Shown here: positions 15,158 through 23,987 of the stretch, in pieces | How the letters are laid out: each line of letters opens with the position of its first letter | Position numbering within the stretch: the first letter of the stretch is position 1 | Source of the DNA: a virus | Length of the DNA stretch: 64,000 bases | UHGV virus genome: UHGV-0332176 | Strand: one strand, 5' to 3' | Notes under the pieces: model-generated | Told to the model about the DNA's origin: nothing | The model's input: the letters and a program-made list of their open reading frames with translations, nothing else | Databases searched by the model: none | Made by a program: the position numbers and the translations under genes

Positions 15158-15365
15158 ATTTATTGGAGATATGTTTATTGGATGGATTTTATTTACAGAT
15201 ACTGGTAAAAAAACTATTAATTCATTAGTTAATAAAGCATATAAACACGTTCAATCTAATGTTTTAAAATCTACTCAATTAAAAGAACTTATATCATTAA
15301 AAGATATTTTTATAAAGGGAAATGATGATGTTGAATCTACCGCTAACAACGGAACAAAAAATTGA
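15150..15365 (+). CDS. Small membrane protein (holin-like candidate), start at ATG 15150
   Basis: RBS GAAAGGGA; TM MLRFIGDMFIGWILF; overlaps the upstream stop (ATGCTTAG). Confidence 0.45.
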   Translation: MLRFIGDMFIGWILFTDTGKKTINSLVNKAYKHVQSNVLKSTQLKELISLKDIFIKGNDDVESTANNGTKN

Positions 15366-15579
15366 TGAAATACATAATGAAGTTGTTAAAAATGACAATA
15401 TGCTTGATGCATTAAATTTTATTTCTATTGCATTAGGATTTTATAACTCATATTTAAATATTCAACAAATTGATAATAATTCAATTATGGCAGAATTAAA
15501 TAAGCAAGATAAAATATATTTTGAAAAAATAATTAAATTACTTGAAGAAATTAAAGGAGTTAAAAATGATGATGAGTAA
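15322..15579 (+). CDS. Hypothetical protein (85 aa)
   Basis: ATG triplet after AAAGGGA. Confidence 0.5.
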   Translation: MMMLNLPLTTEQKIDEIHNEVVKNDNMLDALNFISIALGFYNSYLNIQQIDNNSIMAELNKQDKIYFEKIIKLLEEIKGVKNDDE

Positions 15580-15865
15580 TGGAATGATGCGTACTAATGT
15601 TCCTGAAATGTCAGAAGAAAAAACTGAAATTAAAGTTAAAGATGAAGATACAACACAAACTCAAATTTGTGAAAACAATGTTGAAATCAAAAAAGAAAAT
15701 TCATCTAATGAATGGATGGATATTATTAAACTTTATATTCCTATGATTACTTCTATGTATAATAGTAGTAATGAATCTTTTGAAATTAAATGCATAAACG
15801 AAAAGTTGCACGAATTAGATAAGAGAATTGCAGTTTGTGAAGCATTAATACATTCAGGAAAATAA
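15566..15865 (+). CDS. Hypothetical protein, start at ATG 15566 (RBS AAAGGAG)
   Basis: The ORF-track start 15542 is TTG; the ATG with a good RBS is 24 nt downstream. Confidence 0.5.
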   Translation: MMMSNGMMRTNVPEMSEEKTEIKVKDEDTTQTQICENNVEIKKENSSNEWMDIIKLYIPMITSMYNSSNESFEIKCINEKLHELDKRIAVCEALIHSGK

Positions 15866-15895
15866 AAGAAAGAGGGTTATAACCCTCTTTCTTTT
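15864..15895. terminator. Bidirectional Rho-independent terminator (aaaagaaagaggg-ttataa-ccctctttctttt)
   Basis: 13-bp perfect stem between convergent genes. Confidence 0.7.
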
Positions 15896-17132
15896 AAAAT
15901 TTATAATGTTGTGGATAAATGATATAAGGTGCAAGTTCATCTGCATATTTTTTTAATTTAGCATCTAAATCTTTATCTTCAATAATTTTATCAAATTTTT
16001 CAATAGAAATATAATCAATACTTAATGCACCATCTATTTTTCCATCATTATAAATAGGAGCTAATAATATCCCTTTAACACCACGTGTATTAAAACGTTC
16101 AATTGTATTAGCACCAAATTTACTAATATCAGCAGCAATATTACCACTTTTAGCCATAATATTTGTAATATTTTTTTCGTGGTCATCATTTATCATTTGA
16201 ACATTTTCAATTTCACTTGTTACACCAATAATTGTTGATTCATATACTGCGGAATGATAATGTTCTCCGTCTTTACTAAAATATTTAGAAACCATTGCAC
16301 GTGAACCATTAAATTCTCTTAATAAATTATCTAATTTTTCTTTTACAATCATTGTATGCGTTGGATGTGGTGGTTTTAATATTTTATGATAAGATTTACA
16401 CATTGGTTGTCCATCAAACATTTCATCTTTTAAATCTCCATTGATAACACCAATTGTTTCACAAAGATTATTAAAAATAATATTTAAATAACCATCAATT
16501 GTATTAAAAGCAAAATACATTTTAGTTGCAGGACTTGAGTCACACCCACGAGTAAACAAATTTTTTACCGAATTTGCAACTAATTTTTCAGTAATATCTG
16601 ACAACATATAAAATTTATTTAAAAATTTTACAGGTATTCCTCTTTCTAAAAATTTTCGTTTTTGATTAATATTATTTTTTGTTAAACATTCCATTAAATA
16701 AGAACACGCAACATCACAGTCTAAATTATCAATATCAATTTCATCTATAAATGTTTTAAAAGATTCACGAGCATTTTCATATATAATATGAATTACTTCT
16801 TTTGCCATTTTTTCTTTATTTTCCATATAATCTTCGTCTTCTGGATGAAGATTATTTTTTAATTTAATTGCATCAATTCCTGTATTTAACCAATAGTCTA
16901 AATTTCTAAAAATTGGGTGTTTTAATAAATCTTTCTTGGTATAACTTAAAGATGTTTTTTTAAAAGTTATTTTATTAATAATAGCCTTAAATAAGCCACA
17001 TATTTGTTCTTTAAAATAAACTAAACTAAAAATGGTCAAAAATGCCCAAAAAGATGGACCTAAATCTTTAATATCATTCCAAATTAAAAGCCAACCAGAA
17101 TCATTGGCTAATGTTGGTAAATCTGTCATCAA
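15894..17132 (-). CDS. Hypothetical protein (412 aa)
   Basis: Intact ORF; minus-strand TATAAATA late promoter upstream at 17161-17168. Confidence 0.65.
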   Translation of the reverse strand: MMTDLPTLANDSGWLLIWNDIKDLGPSFWAFLTIFSLVYFKEQICGLFKAIINKITFKKTSLSYTKKDLLKHPIFRNLDYWLNTGIDAIKLKNNLHPEDEDYMENKEKMAKEVIHIIYENARESFKTFIDEIDIDNLDCDVACSYLMECLTKNNINQKRKFLERGIPVKFLNKFYMLSDITEKLVANSVKNLFTRGCDSSPATKMYFAFNTIDGYLNIIFNNLCETIGVINGDLKDEMFDGQPMCKSYHKILKPPHPTHTMIVKEKLDNLLREFNGSRAMVSKYFSKDGEHYHSAVYESTIIGVTSEIENVQMINDDHEKNITNIMAKSGNIAADISKFGANTIERFNTRGVKGILLAPIYNDGKIDGALSIDYISIEKFDKIIEDKDLDAKLKKYADELAPYIIYPQHYKF

Positions 17133-17160
17133 ACTATCCTATAATTTCATATACTAAAAG

Positions 17161-17168
17161 TATTTATA
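17161..17168 (-). promoter_or_regulatory. T4-late-type promoter TATAAATA (minus strand)
   Basis: Plus-strand tatttata, ~30 nt upstream of ATG 17132. Confidence 0.45.
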
Positions 17169-17197
17169 CAATATATTTTTTTCTAATTTTTTAAAAA

Positions 17198-17205
17198 TAT
17201 AAATA
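17198..17205 (+). promoter_or_regulatory. T4-late-type promoter TATAAATA (plus strand) upstream of the M15 peptidase gene
   Basis: Exact tataaata 33 nt upstream of ATG 17238; divergent from the minus-strand late promoter. Confidence 0.45.
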
Positions 17206-17237
17206 ATTTAAAGAAACATAAATTTTAAGGATATAAT

Positions 17238-17699
17238 ATGGAAAATCAAATTACAAAAAATTTTACTTTAGCTGAATTAACATATTCTGATACAGCAAAT
17301 ATTAAAAAAATACCAAATATTCCAACAGAAATTGAATATAATAATATGAAAAATTTATGTGAAAATGTTTTACAACCATTAAGAGATGCATTAAAAAAAC
17401 CAATAAGAGTTAATTCTTGTTACCGTGGAAAACAATTAAATGAAGCCGTTGGTGGTTCTAAAACATCTCAACATTGTAAAGGTCAAGCTGCTGATATTGA
17501 AATTATTGGTATGAGTAATTATGATTTAGCTTGTTATATACGTGATAATTTTGATTTTGACCAATTAATTTTGGAATTTACAGATAATATTAAAAACGAT
17601 ATTAATGCTGGTTGGGTTCACGTATCTTATGTATCACCAATAGCAAATCGTAAGCAATGTTTAACTATTAATAAATCAGGAACAAAACTTGGTTTTTAA
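17238..17699 (+). CDS. Peptidase M15 family (zinc D-Ala-D-Ala carboxypeptidase-like) cell-wall hydrolase; endolysin candidate
   Basis: FTLAELTYSDTA...IPN.P N-terminal motif; SCYRGKQLNEAVGGSKTSQHCKGQAADI (SxHxxGxAxD zinc-binding core). Confidence 0.75.
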   Translation: MENQITKNFTLAELTYSDTANIKKIPNIPTEIEYNNMKNLCENVLQPLRDALKKPIRVNSCYRGKQLNEAVGGSKTSQHCKGQAADIEIIGMSNYDLACYIRDNFDFDQLILEFTDNIKNDINAGWVHVSYVSPIANRKQCLTINKSGTKLGF

Positions 17700-18082
17700 T
17701 AACCACATACATACCACATACAAGTATTTTGTCCATTGTTTCTCATACAACAAACTACAGAATTAGTTGTAAATTGTTGAAATGTATAACCATTAACATA
17801 TGGGTCTTGACCAGTATGTCCAATTTCTGATTGGGTTATTGTATAATTAATTGTTGTATAAGGTTTTTTAAAATTAATAGTTATATTTACATCATTACCA
17901 GTAACTCGTCCACCTTGCTCAATCCACCCATCTGACCACACACGATACCATTCAGTTCCTTCTGACCAGGTTTCAATTATATATCTTCTATTTTCTAAAT
18001 TAGTTAATCTTGTATTAATTTCATCTAATTTATTTAATAATTCATCAACACGTGAAATAGGTAATTTACTTGTATCTGTCAT
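17696..18082 (-). CDS. Small protein with N-terminal coiled coil and W-rich WYRVWSDGWIEQGG motif; paralogue of 63579..63974 (tail-fibre-tip/adhesin-like)
   Basis: 128 aa. Shares WY[RK][IV]WSDGWIEQGG, INY[ST]I and C-terminal GY with the other copy. Confidence 0.6.
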   Translation of the reverse strand: MTDTSKLPISRVDELLNKLDEINTRLTNLENRRYIIETWSEGTEWYRVWSDGWIEQGGRVTGNDVNITINFKKPYTTINYTITQSEIGHTGQDPYVNGYTFQQFTTNSVVCCMRNNGQNTCMWYVCGY

Positions 18083-18125
18083 ATTTTATCCTTTATTTCT
18101 ATTTAATAAATAGAAATAAACAATT

Positions 18126-18152
18126 AAAAACCGCCTTTAATAGGCGGTTTTT
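18126..18152. terminator. Rho-independent terminator (aaaaaccgcc-tttaata-ggcggttttt) downstream of groEL
   Basis: GC-rich stem flanked by A and T runs. Confidence 0.7.
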
Positions 18153-18169
18153 ATAAATAATTAAGTATT

Positions 18170-19807
18170 TTACATATTAGGTGTATTTTGTCTTATTGCT
18201 GACATTAACTTTAAATTAGTTTCAGTATCATCAATAATTAATCCTTCAACCGTTAATAATGAACCTGCAATTGAAGACCCATTTTCCAAAGCACAACGAA
18301 CAACTTTGGTTGCATCTAAAATACCTGCATCAACTAAATTACAGAATTTATCGCATTTAGCATCATATCCCCAAGAATAATCATCATTATCTAATACTTT
18401 TTCAACAATGACTTCACCAGATTTTCCAGCATTTTCTGCAATTTTTTTCATTGGAGCACTTAAAGATTTTAATACAATTTCATATCCAACATTTTCATCA
18501 TCTGTTATAACAATATTATTTAATTCCTTAATAAGGTCTTTTTGTGCTCTTACTAATGATACTCCACCACCAGGTAAAATACCTTCTTCTAATGCTGCTC
18601 TCGTTGCACAAACGGCATCATCAACACGGTCTTTCTTTTCTTTAACTTCTGTTTCAGTTGCTCCACCAACTTTAATAACAGCAACACCGCCAATTAATTT
18701 AGCAAGTCTTTCACGAAGTTTTTCTTTATCATATGATGAATCAGTATTTTCAATTTCTTCAGAAATTTGTTTTGCTCTTTCATCAATAGCTTCTTTACTT
18801 CCGTGTCCACCAATAATAATTGTTTCAGTTGGTGTAATTCTAATTTTATCGCAAGAACCCAAATCATCAATAGTTACTTTTTCTAATTGAGCACCAAATT
18901 GAGTTGAAATAAAATTACCACCTGTTAAAATTGCAATATCTTCCATTTGAAATCTACGAATATCACCAAATGAAGGAGCTTTAACAGCACAAACTTTTAA
19001 TCCTGCTTTAATTCTATTAATAACCAATGCTGATAATGGGTCATCTGCCATTTCATCGGCAATCATAATTAATGGACGACCAATTTCCATAACATTTTCT
19101 AACAAAGGAATAATAGATTGAAGATTGTTAATTTTACCATCATATAAGAAAATATATGGATTATCATACTCAACTAATTGTCTTTCTGGATTAGTCATAA
19201 AATATGGTGAAAGATAACCTTGGTCAAATTGTAAACCATCAACAATTTCTAATTCTGTCTTTAATCCCTTTGCTTCTTCAACAGTAACTACACCTTTTTC
19301 ACCAACAACTTCAATTGCTTTAGCAATAAAATCACCAATTTCTGTATCACCATTTGCAGAAATAGTTGCCAATTGACGAATTTCTTCATTTGTTGTTACT
19401 TTTTTTGAATGTGATTTTAATGATTCAACTACAACCTTAACTGCATTTGAAATACCTTTTTGAATTTCAGTAGATTTACGACCTTTAGAAATTGACTTTA
19501 AACCTTCTTCAGCAATTGTAGATGCAATTATACAAGTTGCTGTTGTACCATCACCTGCATCTCTACCAGTTTTTTCAGATGCTTGAATAATCATTTTTGC
19601 ACCTTCACCTTCAGAGTCCATTAGTGTAACAGATTTTGCAACAGTTACACCATCTTTTGTAACTTTTGGTGAACCCCAAGATTGTTGAATAGCAATTGTT
19701 CTACCAGCAGGACCAGCAGTAGCAGAAACAACATCTGCAACTGTTTTCATACCAGAATATAACGTACTACGAGCTTCATCACCTTTAATTACTTTTTTAA
19801 TTGTCAT
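18170..19807 (-). CDS. groEL: Chaperonin GroEL (Cpn60) homologue, no C-terminal GGM repeats
   Basis: 545 aa. N-terminus MTIKKVIKGDEAR; AVKAPSFGDIRRFQMEDIAILTGG; GGGVSLVRA. Ends ...RQNTPNM. RBS AAGGAGA. Confidence 0.93.
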   Translation of the reverse strand: MTIKKVIKGDEARSTLYSGMKTVADVVSATAGPAGRTIAIQQSWGSPKVTKDGVTVAKSVTLMDSEGEGAKMIIQASEKTGRDAGDGTTATCIIASTIAEEGLKSISKGRKSTEIQKGISNAVKVVVESLKSHSKKVTTNEEIRQLATISANGDTEIGDFIAKAIEVVGEKGVVTVEEAKGLKTELEIVDGLQFDQGYLSPYFMTNPERQLVEYDNPYIFLYDGKINNLQSIIPLLENVMEIGRPLIMIADEMADDPLSALVINRIKAGLKVCAVKAPSFGDIRRFQMEDIAILTGGNFISTQFGAQLEKVTIDDLGSCDKIRITPTETIIIGGHGSKEAIDERAKQISEEIENTDSSYDKEKLRERLAKLIGGVAVIKVGGATETEVKEKKDRVDDAVCATRAALEEGILPGGGVSLVRAQKDLIKELNNIVITDDENVGYEIVLKSLSAPMKKIAENAGKSGEVIVEKVLDNDDYSWGYDAKCDKFCNLVDAGILDATKVVRCALENGSSIAGSLLTVEGLIIDDTETNLKLMSAIRQNTPNM

Positions 19808-19879
19808 AATTATTTTTTCTCCTTAACTTAAATTTATTTTTAATAATAACAAAAATTTTATAATTTTACAAAAATAATT

Positions 19880-20182
19880 TTAATGTATAATACCTAAAAT
19901 ATCTGTTTCTCTTAAAATTGTTTTTTCTTCATCGTTTAATTTAATAATTTGACCTGCAAATTTTCCAAATAAAACTCTATCTCCAACTTTAACTGTCATT
20001 GGTTGAATTTTTCCTGTTTCTTCATTATATAAACCATTTCCACACGCAATTACAACACCTGTTGATGGTTTTTCTTTTGCATTATCAGGAATAATAATTC
20101 CGCCGTTAGAAACACTTTTTTCTTCATCTTTTTCAATAACAACGAAATTAAATAAAGGTTGAATTTCTAATTTTTTTTCCAT
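19880..20182 (-). CDS. groES: Co-chaperonin GroES (Cpn10) homologue
   Basis: LEIQPLFNFVVIEK...GGIIIPDNAKEKPSTGVVIACGNG...VGDRVLFGKFAG...ILGI. Start placed at the second ATG (20182), which has RBS GGAG; the ATG at 20194 abuts the terminator U-tract. Confidence 0.88.
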   Translation of the reverse strand: MEKKLEIQPLFNFVVIEKDEEKSVSNGGIIIPDNAKEKPSTGVVIACGNGLYNEETGKIQPMTVKVGDRVLFGKFAGQIIKLNDEEKTILRETDILGIIH

Positions 20183-20198
20183 TTTTTTCTCCATAAAA

Positions 20199-20226
20199 AA
20201 TAAGCTAACTTGTTTGTTAGCTTATT
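20199..20226. terminator. Terminator hairpin (aataagctaac-ttgtttg-ttagcttatt) followed by a T-run on the minus strand
   Basis: Downstream of 20263..20817 and directly upstream of groES. Confidence 0.55.
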
Positions 20227-20262
20227 ATATAGGAGAATAAAAATAATTGTCAAAAATAAAAA

Positions 20263-20817
20263 TTAATTTTTTATTTCAAAACCCATTGTTGATAAATCAA
20301 AATCATCAGATGGAGATTTCATAAATGTTTGATTTGATAAATTTAATTCATCATCTATTAACATATTTTTATAATTATTATATACTCGTTCAAAGTATGT
20401 AATTAATTGTTCTCTGCACGGAAATTTTTTATATTTTCTAAAGAATATAGATAATTTTGGTAAAATAAATTCTTCATCAAATTTCATAAAACAATTATTC
20501 TTAATATAAACATTATTACCTGTTGTTGTCAAATAAAATAAAGGAATAATAAATTTATAATCAACAATAAACTTATGAAATCTTGAACCATAAATACTTC
20601 CTTTTCCATAACGACCAAGACCAAATTGAATTTTAATATTAGTTGTCTGAAAAACTTCACAAATAATTTCATTAATTAAATCAAGTTTTTCCTGTGATAT
20701 AAGTTTAGATAAATTTTTATATTTCTGGTTCGTTTTATAAGCAGTTTTAAATTTTATTTTATTAAAATATTTTGACCCATCATATTTATTATGCCATATA
20801 TTCTTAATTTTTAACAT
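20263..20817 (-). CDS. Hypothetical basic protein (184 aa)
   Basis: Intact ORF preceded by the 37-bp repeat cassette. Confidence 0.6.
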   Translation of the reverse strand: MLKIKNIWHNKYDGSKYFNKIKFKTAYKTNQKYKNLSKLISQEKLDLINEIICEVFQTTNIKIQFGLGRYGKGSIYGSRFHKFIVDYKFIIPLFYLTTTGNNVYIKNNCFMKFDEEFILPKLSIFFRKYKKFPCREQLITYFERVYNNYKNMLIDDELNLSNQTFMKSPSDDFDLSTMGFEIKN

Positions 20818-20826
20818 ATTTAGTAA

Positions 20827-20863
20827 CTTTCATAAAAAAATTAGCACCATTGCTGATGCTAAT
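20827..20863 (-). repeat. Copy 1 of an exact 37-bp intergenic cassette (minus-strand terminator hairpin ATTAGCA-N10-TGCTAAT + T7 + RBS context)
   Basis: ctttcataaaaaaattagcaccattgctgatgctaat identical to 21472-21508. Confidence 0.7.
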
Positions 20864-20895
20864 TTATGATTAAATTTTTAATTTGTCAAGTATTT

Positions 20896-21171
20896 TTAAC
20901 ATAATCTTGTATAAGTAATTGTTGAATCAAGCGAATCAACCATTGAAGAATCAATATTTAGATTAATTAAATCTGAATAGAAACCATCTTCATCTTCAAT
21001 TTCAAAATTTTCAATTGTGTCCAAATCCATTTCTGTTTCATCATCATCAAAAGTATCCATTAAAAATTCTTTAAGGGTAACATTTTCAGAAGATTCAACT
21101 CCTTCGCTGTTATCTGTAATATTATAAATTTGGTTAAGTTGTTCGTTAGAAATAGTAAGAGTTTTAGTCAT
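20896..21171 (-). CDS. Hypothetical acidic protein (91 aa)
   Basis: Intact ORF. Confidence 0.5.
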   Translation of the reverse strand: MTKTLTISNEQLNQIYNITDNSEGVESSENVTLKEFLMDTFDDDETEMDLDTIENFEIEDEDGFYSDLINLNIDSSMVDSLDSTITYTRLC

Positions 21172-21252
21172 TATTTAATCCTTTCAAAAATAAGTTAATA
21201 TCCAATTACGAATATTAACTTATCATAAAAAAATTAAATGTCAAGGATTTTT

Positions 21253-21462
21253 TTATAAATTTTCAATTAAATTTCCTTTTTCTTGCAAATTTTTCATTTG
21301 AGTTTTAATAATTTCTTTTGTTTTGTCATCAATTTCATCATAATATACAAAACCCCACGCACTTGCTTGAGTTACCATATGAATTAATGGCAAGGAATTA
21401 AGAGCATCATCATTAATTTTTAAAATTTTTTTAATTGCATTTTTTGTTTTTTCAAAAGCCAT
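21253..21462 (-). CDS. Hypothetical protein (69 aa)
   Basis: RBS AAAGGAAAC directly after the repeat-cassette terminator. Confidence 0.5.
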   Translation of the reverse strand: MAFEKTKNAIKKILKINDDALNSLPLIHMVTQASAWGFVYYDEIDDKTKEIIKTQMKNLQEKGNLIENL

Positions 21463-21471
21463 TAAAGTTTC

Positions 21472-21508
21472 CTTTCATAAAAAAATTAGCACCATTGCTG
21501 ATGCTAAT
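21472..21508 (-). repeat. Copy 2 of the exact 37-bp terminator/RBS cassette
   Basis: Identical to 20827-20863; flanks differ. Confidence 0.7.
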
Positions 21509-21539
21509 ATAAAAGAAAATATTTGTCAATAAAAATACA

Positions 21540-23354
21540 TTAATTCCATTGCAAATGCCAATAAAATGTTGTTCCTGTATTTTCATTTGTAACTCTTGCT
21601 ATTGAAAATTTTTTAGTTGATTCAAAATAATCAATTACTTGTTGCATTTCATCTTGCAATACATCATTTTCAATTAATTGCTTCCAAACTTGATAATACT
21701 TTTTAGACATAGTTGGAGCTTCCATTACATAATTAATTTCTGGTACTTCAGTATATATACCACCATTAATTAATTTTGTTTCTAAAATTTTATCATTAGT
21801 AATTCTAACAGTTGCACTTGCATCACCCTCATTAAATACAACACTTGTTGGATACATATATCCATCTCCATAATTATCCATAACAATATATTTAATTGTC
21901 CACTCTAAATCACTATCAACTGGAATTCTACCTAATAAATAATCATTTAAATTCCAAACTTTATTAACAAGAGTCCAATGTCCAGCAATTTTAACATAAG
22001 TTGTATAAGGTTCTAATTTACCTGAATAAGCAACAACATCGTGGTCTTCTCCCCAATCATCATAAAGTTTAATTTGGTCAAATCTATATTCATTATTTGT
22101 TTCAACCCATTTATCATTTATTTTAACTCTATAACGACCTTCATCCCAAATGAATATATCTAAATTATTTCCAAATACATCAGGTGGTAAATTATTCCAA
22201 TCATATTCAACTACTATTTCTTGCCAAATTCTATGACAACATTTATAGACTTTATGTGGAATACGATTTATAATATTTCCTTCATCGTCATAAATTAATT
22301 CATTATAATAACCAATATCATAATCTAAACCATCTTCAGCTGTTGGTGTTCTATCTCCAAAATTCCAAATATTATGAGATAAATTCCATCCACAATTTGT
22401 TTTAACATAATTTTTTCCAAACACATTATAACAAACTGTTCCTTCAACTCCAAAATTAAATGGTAATTTAAATGTTTTATAATCATAAATTGTAGAAACT
22501 TCAACCCAACCATTTTCTGTTTTAACATAAATTTTATCTTGTTCCTTTGTATAAGTATCACTTATCATACCAAATGCTTCGGGCGGTAAAGAATTAATAT
22601 CATAAATTGTGTTAATTGGGAACCAATCTGTTTGACCTGGATAAGAAGGATTACCATTTAAATCTTTAACTTGTTGTTCATTATTTCTTGTTATTTGTAA
22701 ATCTGAAATTAATCCATAATCAGAATCTATATCTAACCAAACTGAATCTCCTGGTTTAATTGTTTCATCTGTCCAATATTTCATATTTTTATAAACTAAT
22801 TTTGCAGTATCAAAAATTGTAGTATATTCCCCACGATTAACAATTTCTAAATTAATAATATCTCCATTATTATTAATTTCAGATACTCTGAATTCTAAAG
22901 GTATTGGATTAGTATCATTTTGAACTTGTAAAATTTCACCAACACGAAAATAATTTATTGGATGAACTCTACCTAATGAATCTCCGCCATTAGCAAATAA
23001 CATAAAATCAGTTGTTGTAGAATCTCCACCATAAATATTAGGTTCTTCAAAAGTTTCAGTTGAAGATAATCCACCATATACATATTTTAATAATGGGGTT
23101 TCAATAATATCTTCAAGTTCATAATCTTTATGAATAGTAATTTTAGACAATTCCATAACACAATGAGATTTTGCTTCTTTAATTGGTTCAGCCATTTCAC
23201 GAGCATCGGTCATAACAGTATTATATACATCACATTCAAATTGATTTTCATCAACAGCTTGCATAATATATTCTTCAATATCATTAATTTCTTTTAATAT
23301 ACGAGATTTATTTCGGGCATATTGTTTTGCACTTGTGGCATCATAAAAATCCAT
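21540..23354 (-). CDS. Hypothetical large protein (604 aa), Trp/Asn-rich beta-type composition; possible virion/fibre component
   Basis: Intact ORF; AATAAATA late-like motif upstream; no recognisable catalytic motifs. Confidence 0.6.
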   Translation of the reverse strand: MDFYDATSAKQYARNKSRILKEINDIEEYIMQAVDENQFECDVYNTVMTDAREMAEPIKEAKSHCVMELSKITIHKDYELEDIIETPLLKYVYGGLSSTETFEEPNIYGGDSTTTDFMLFANGGDSLGRVHPINYFRVGEILQVQNDTNPIPLEFRVSEINNNGDIINLEIVNRGEYTTIFDTAKLVYKNMKYWTDETIKPGDSVWLDIDSDYGLISDLQITRNNEQQVKDLNGNPSYPGQTDWFPINTIYDINSLPPEAFGMISDTYTKEQDKIYVKTENGWVEVSTIYDYKTFKLPFNFGVEGTVCYNVFGKNYVKTNCGWNLSHNIWNFGDRTPTAEDGLDYDIGYYNELIYDDEGNIINRIPHKVYKCCHRIWQEIVVEYDWNNLPPDVFGNNLDIFIWDEGRYRVKINDKWVETNNEYRFDQIKLYDDWGEDHDVVAYSGKLEPYTTYVKIAGHWTLVNKVWNLNDYLLGRIPVDSDLEWTIKYIVMDNYGDGYMYPTSVVFNEGDASATVRITNDKILETKLINGGIYTEVPEINYVMEAPTMSKKYYQVWKQLIENDVLQDEMQQVIDYFESTKKFSIARVTNENTGTTFYWHLQWN

Positions 23355-23403
23355 TGTAATATTCCTTATATCATAAACTATATACTATTATTTATTGATA
23401 TGA

Positions 23404-23436
23404 AAAAACCGAGAAGTTATAACTTCTCGGTTTTTA
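23404..23436. terminator. Rho-independent terminator (aaaaaccgagaagtt-ataa-cttctcggttttt)
   Basis: Perfect 10-bp stem with flanking A/T runs. Confidence 0.7.
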
Positions 23437-23985
23437 TTATTTTTTAAATGCCTTTAATGGTATATCAATTGTAATTGGCTTGCCTTCAAGCTGACAAGAA
23501 ATAAATGATTCATTTAAAGTTAAGCAAGGTTTAATTTCTGTTACAATATAATTAATTTTTGATAATCTTGCTCCTTTATGTATATAATAATTATCATCGT
23601 TTTCTGTTAATATAATATCACAAGCAGGAATAATATCTCCAACTTTAACATTTTCTGAAATTTTAATTACTTCAGAATATTCTTTTGATTCAGAAGTTAA
23701 ATTTTCACCAGCTTGGTCAACAGCTGTATCGTGTATATCATTTTGAGTATTATCTTCTTCGTCTTGTTTTTTACCATCAATAATAATTTTATCATCAATT
23801 ATTTCAGTTACTGCACTATTATCTGATAGAACATCTTCTAAACCTTGTTCATCTAATTCAATACGATATTTTTTATTTAATAAGAATAAAAATTTAATAG
23901 TTGAAATTGCTTTTATTCCTTGAGAACGTAACAAATAAATTAAACTATTAATATTTTGAATAATTCTATCTTCAAATGCAGCCAC
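23437..23985 (-). CDS. Hypothetical protein (182 aa)
   Basis: Intact ORF. Confidence 0.55.
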   Translation of the reverse strand: MAAFEDRIIQNINSLIYLLRSQGIKAISTIKFLFLLNKKYRIELDEQGLEDVLSDNSAVTEIIDDKIIIDGKKQDEEDNTQNDIHDTAVDQAGENLTSESKEYSEVIKISENVKVGDIIPACDIILTENDDNYYIHKGARLSKINYIVTEIKPCLTLNESFISCQLEGKPITIDIPLKAFKK

Positions 23986-23987
23986 GA

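Noticed and set aside
18408-18890. 160-aa plus ORF
   Set aside because: Antisense within groEL (Ser/Pro-rich mirror frame).
22325-22561. 78-aa minus ORF in an alternative frame of the 604-aa gene
   Set aside because: Nested in an alternative frame of a larger, better-supported ORF.
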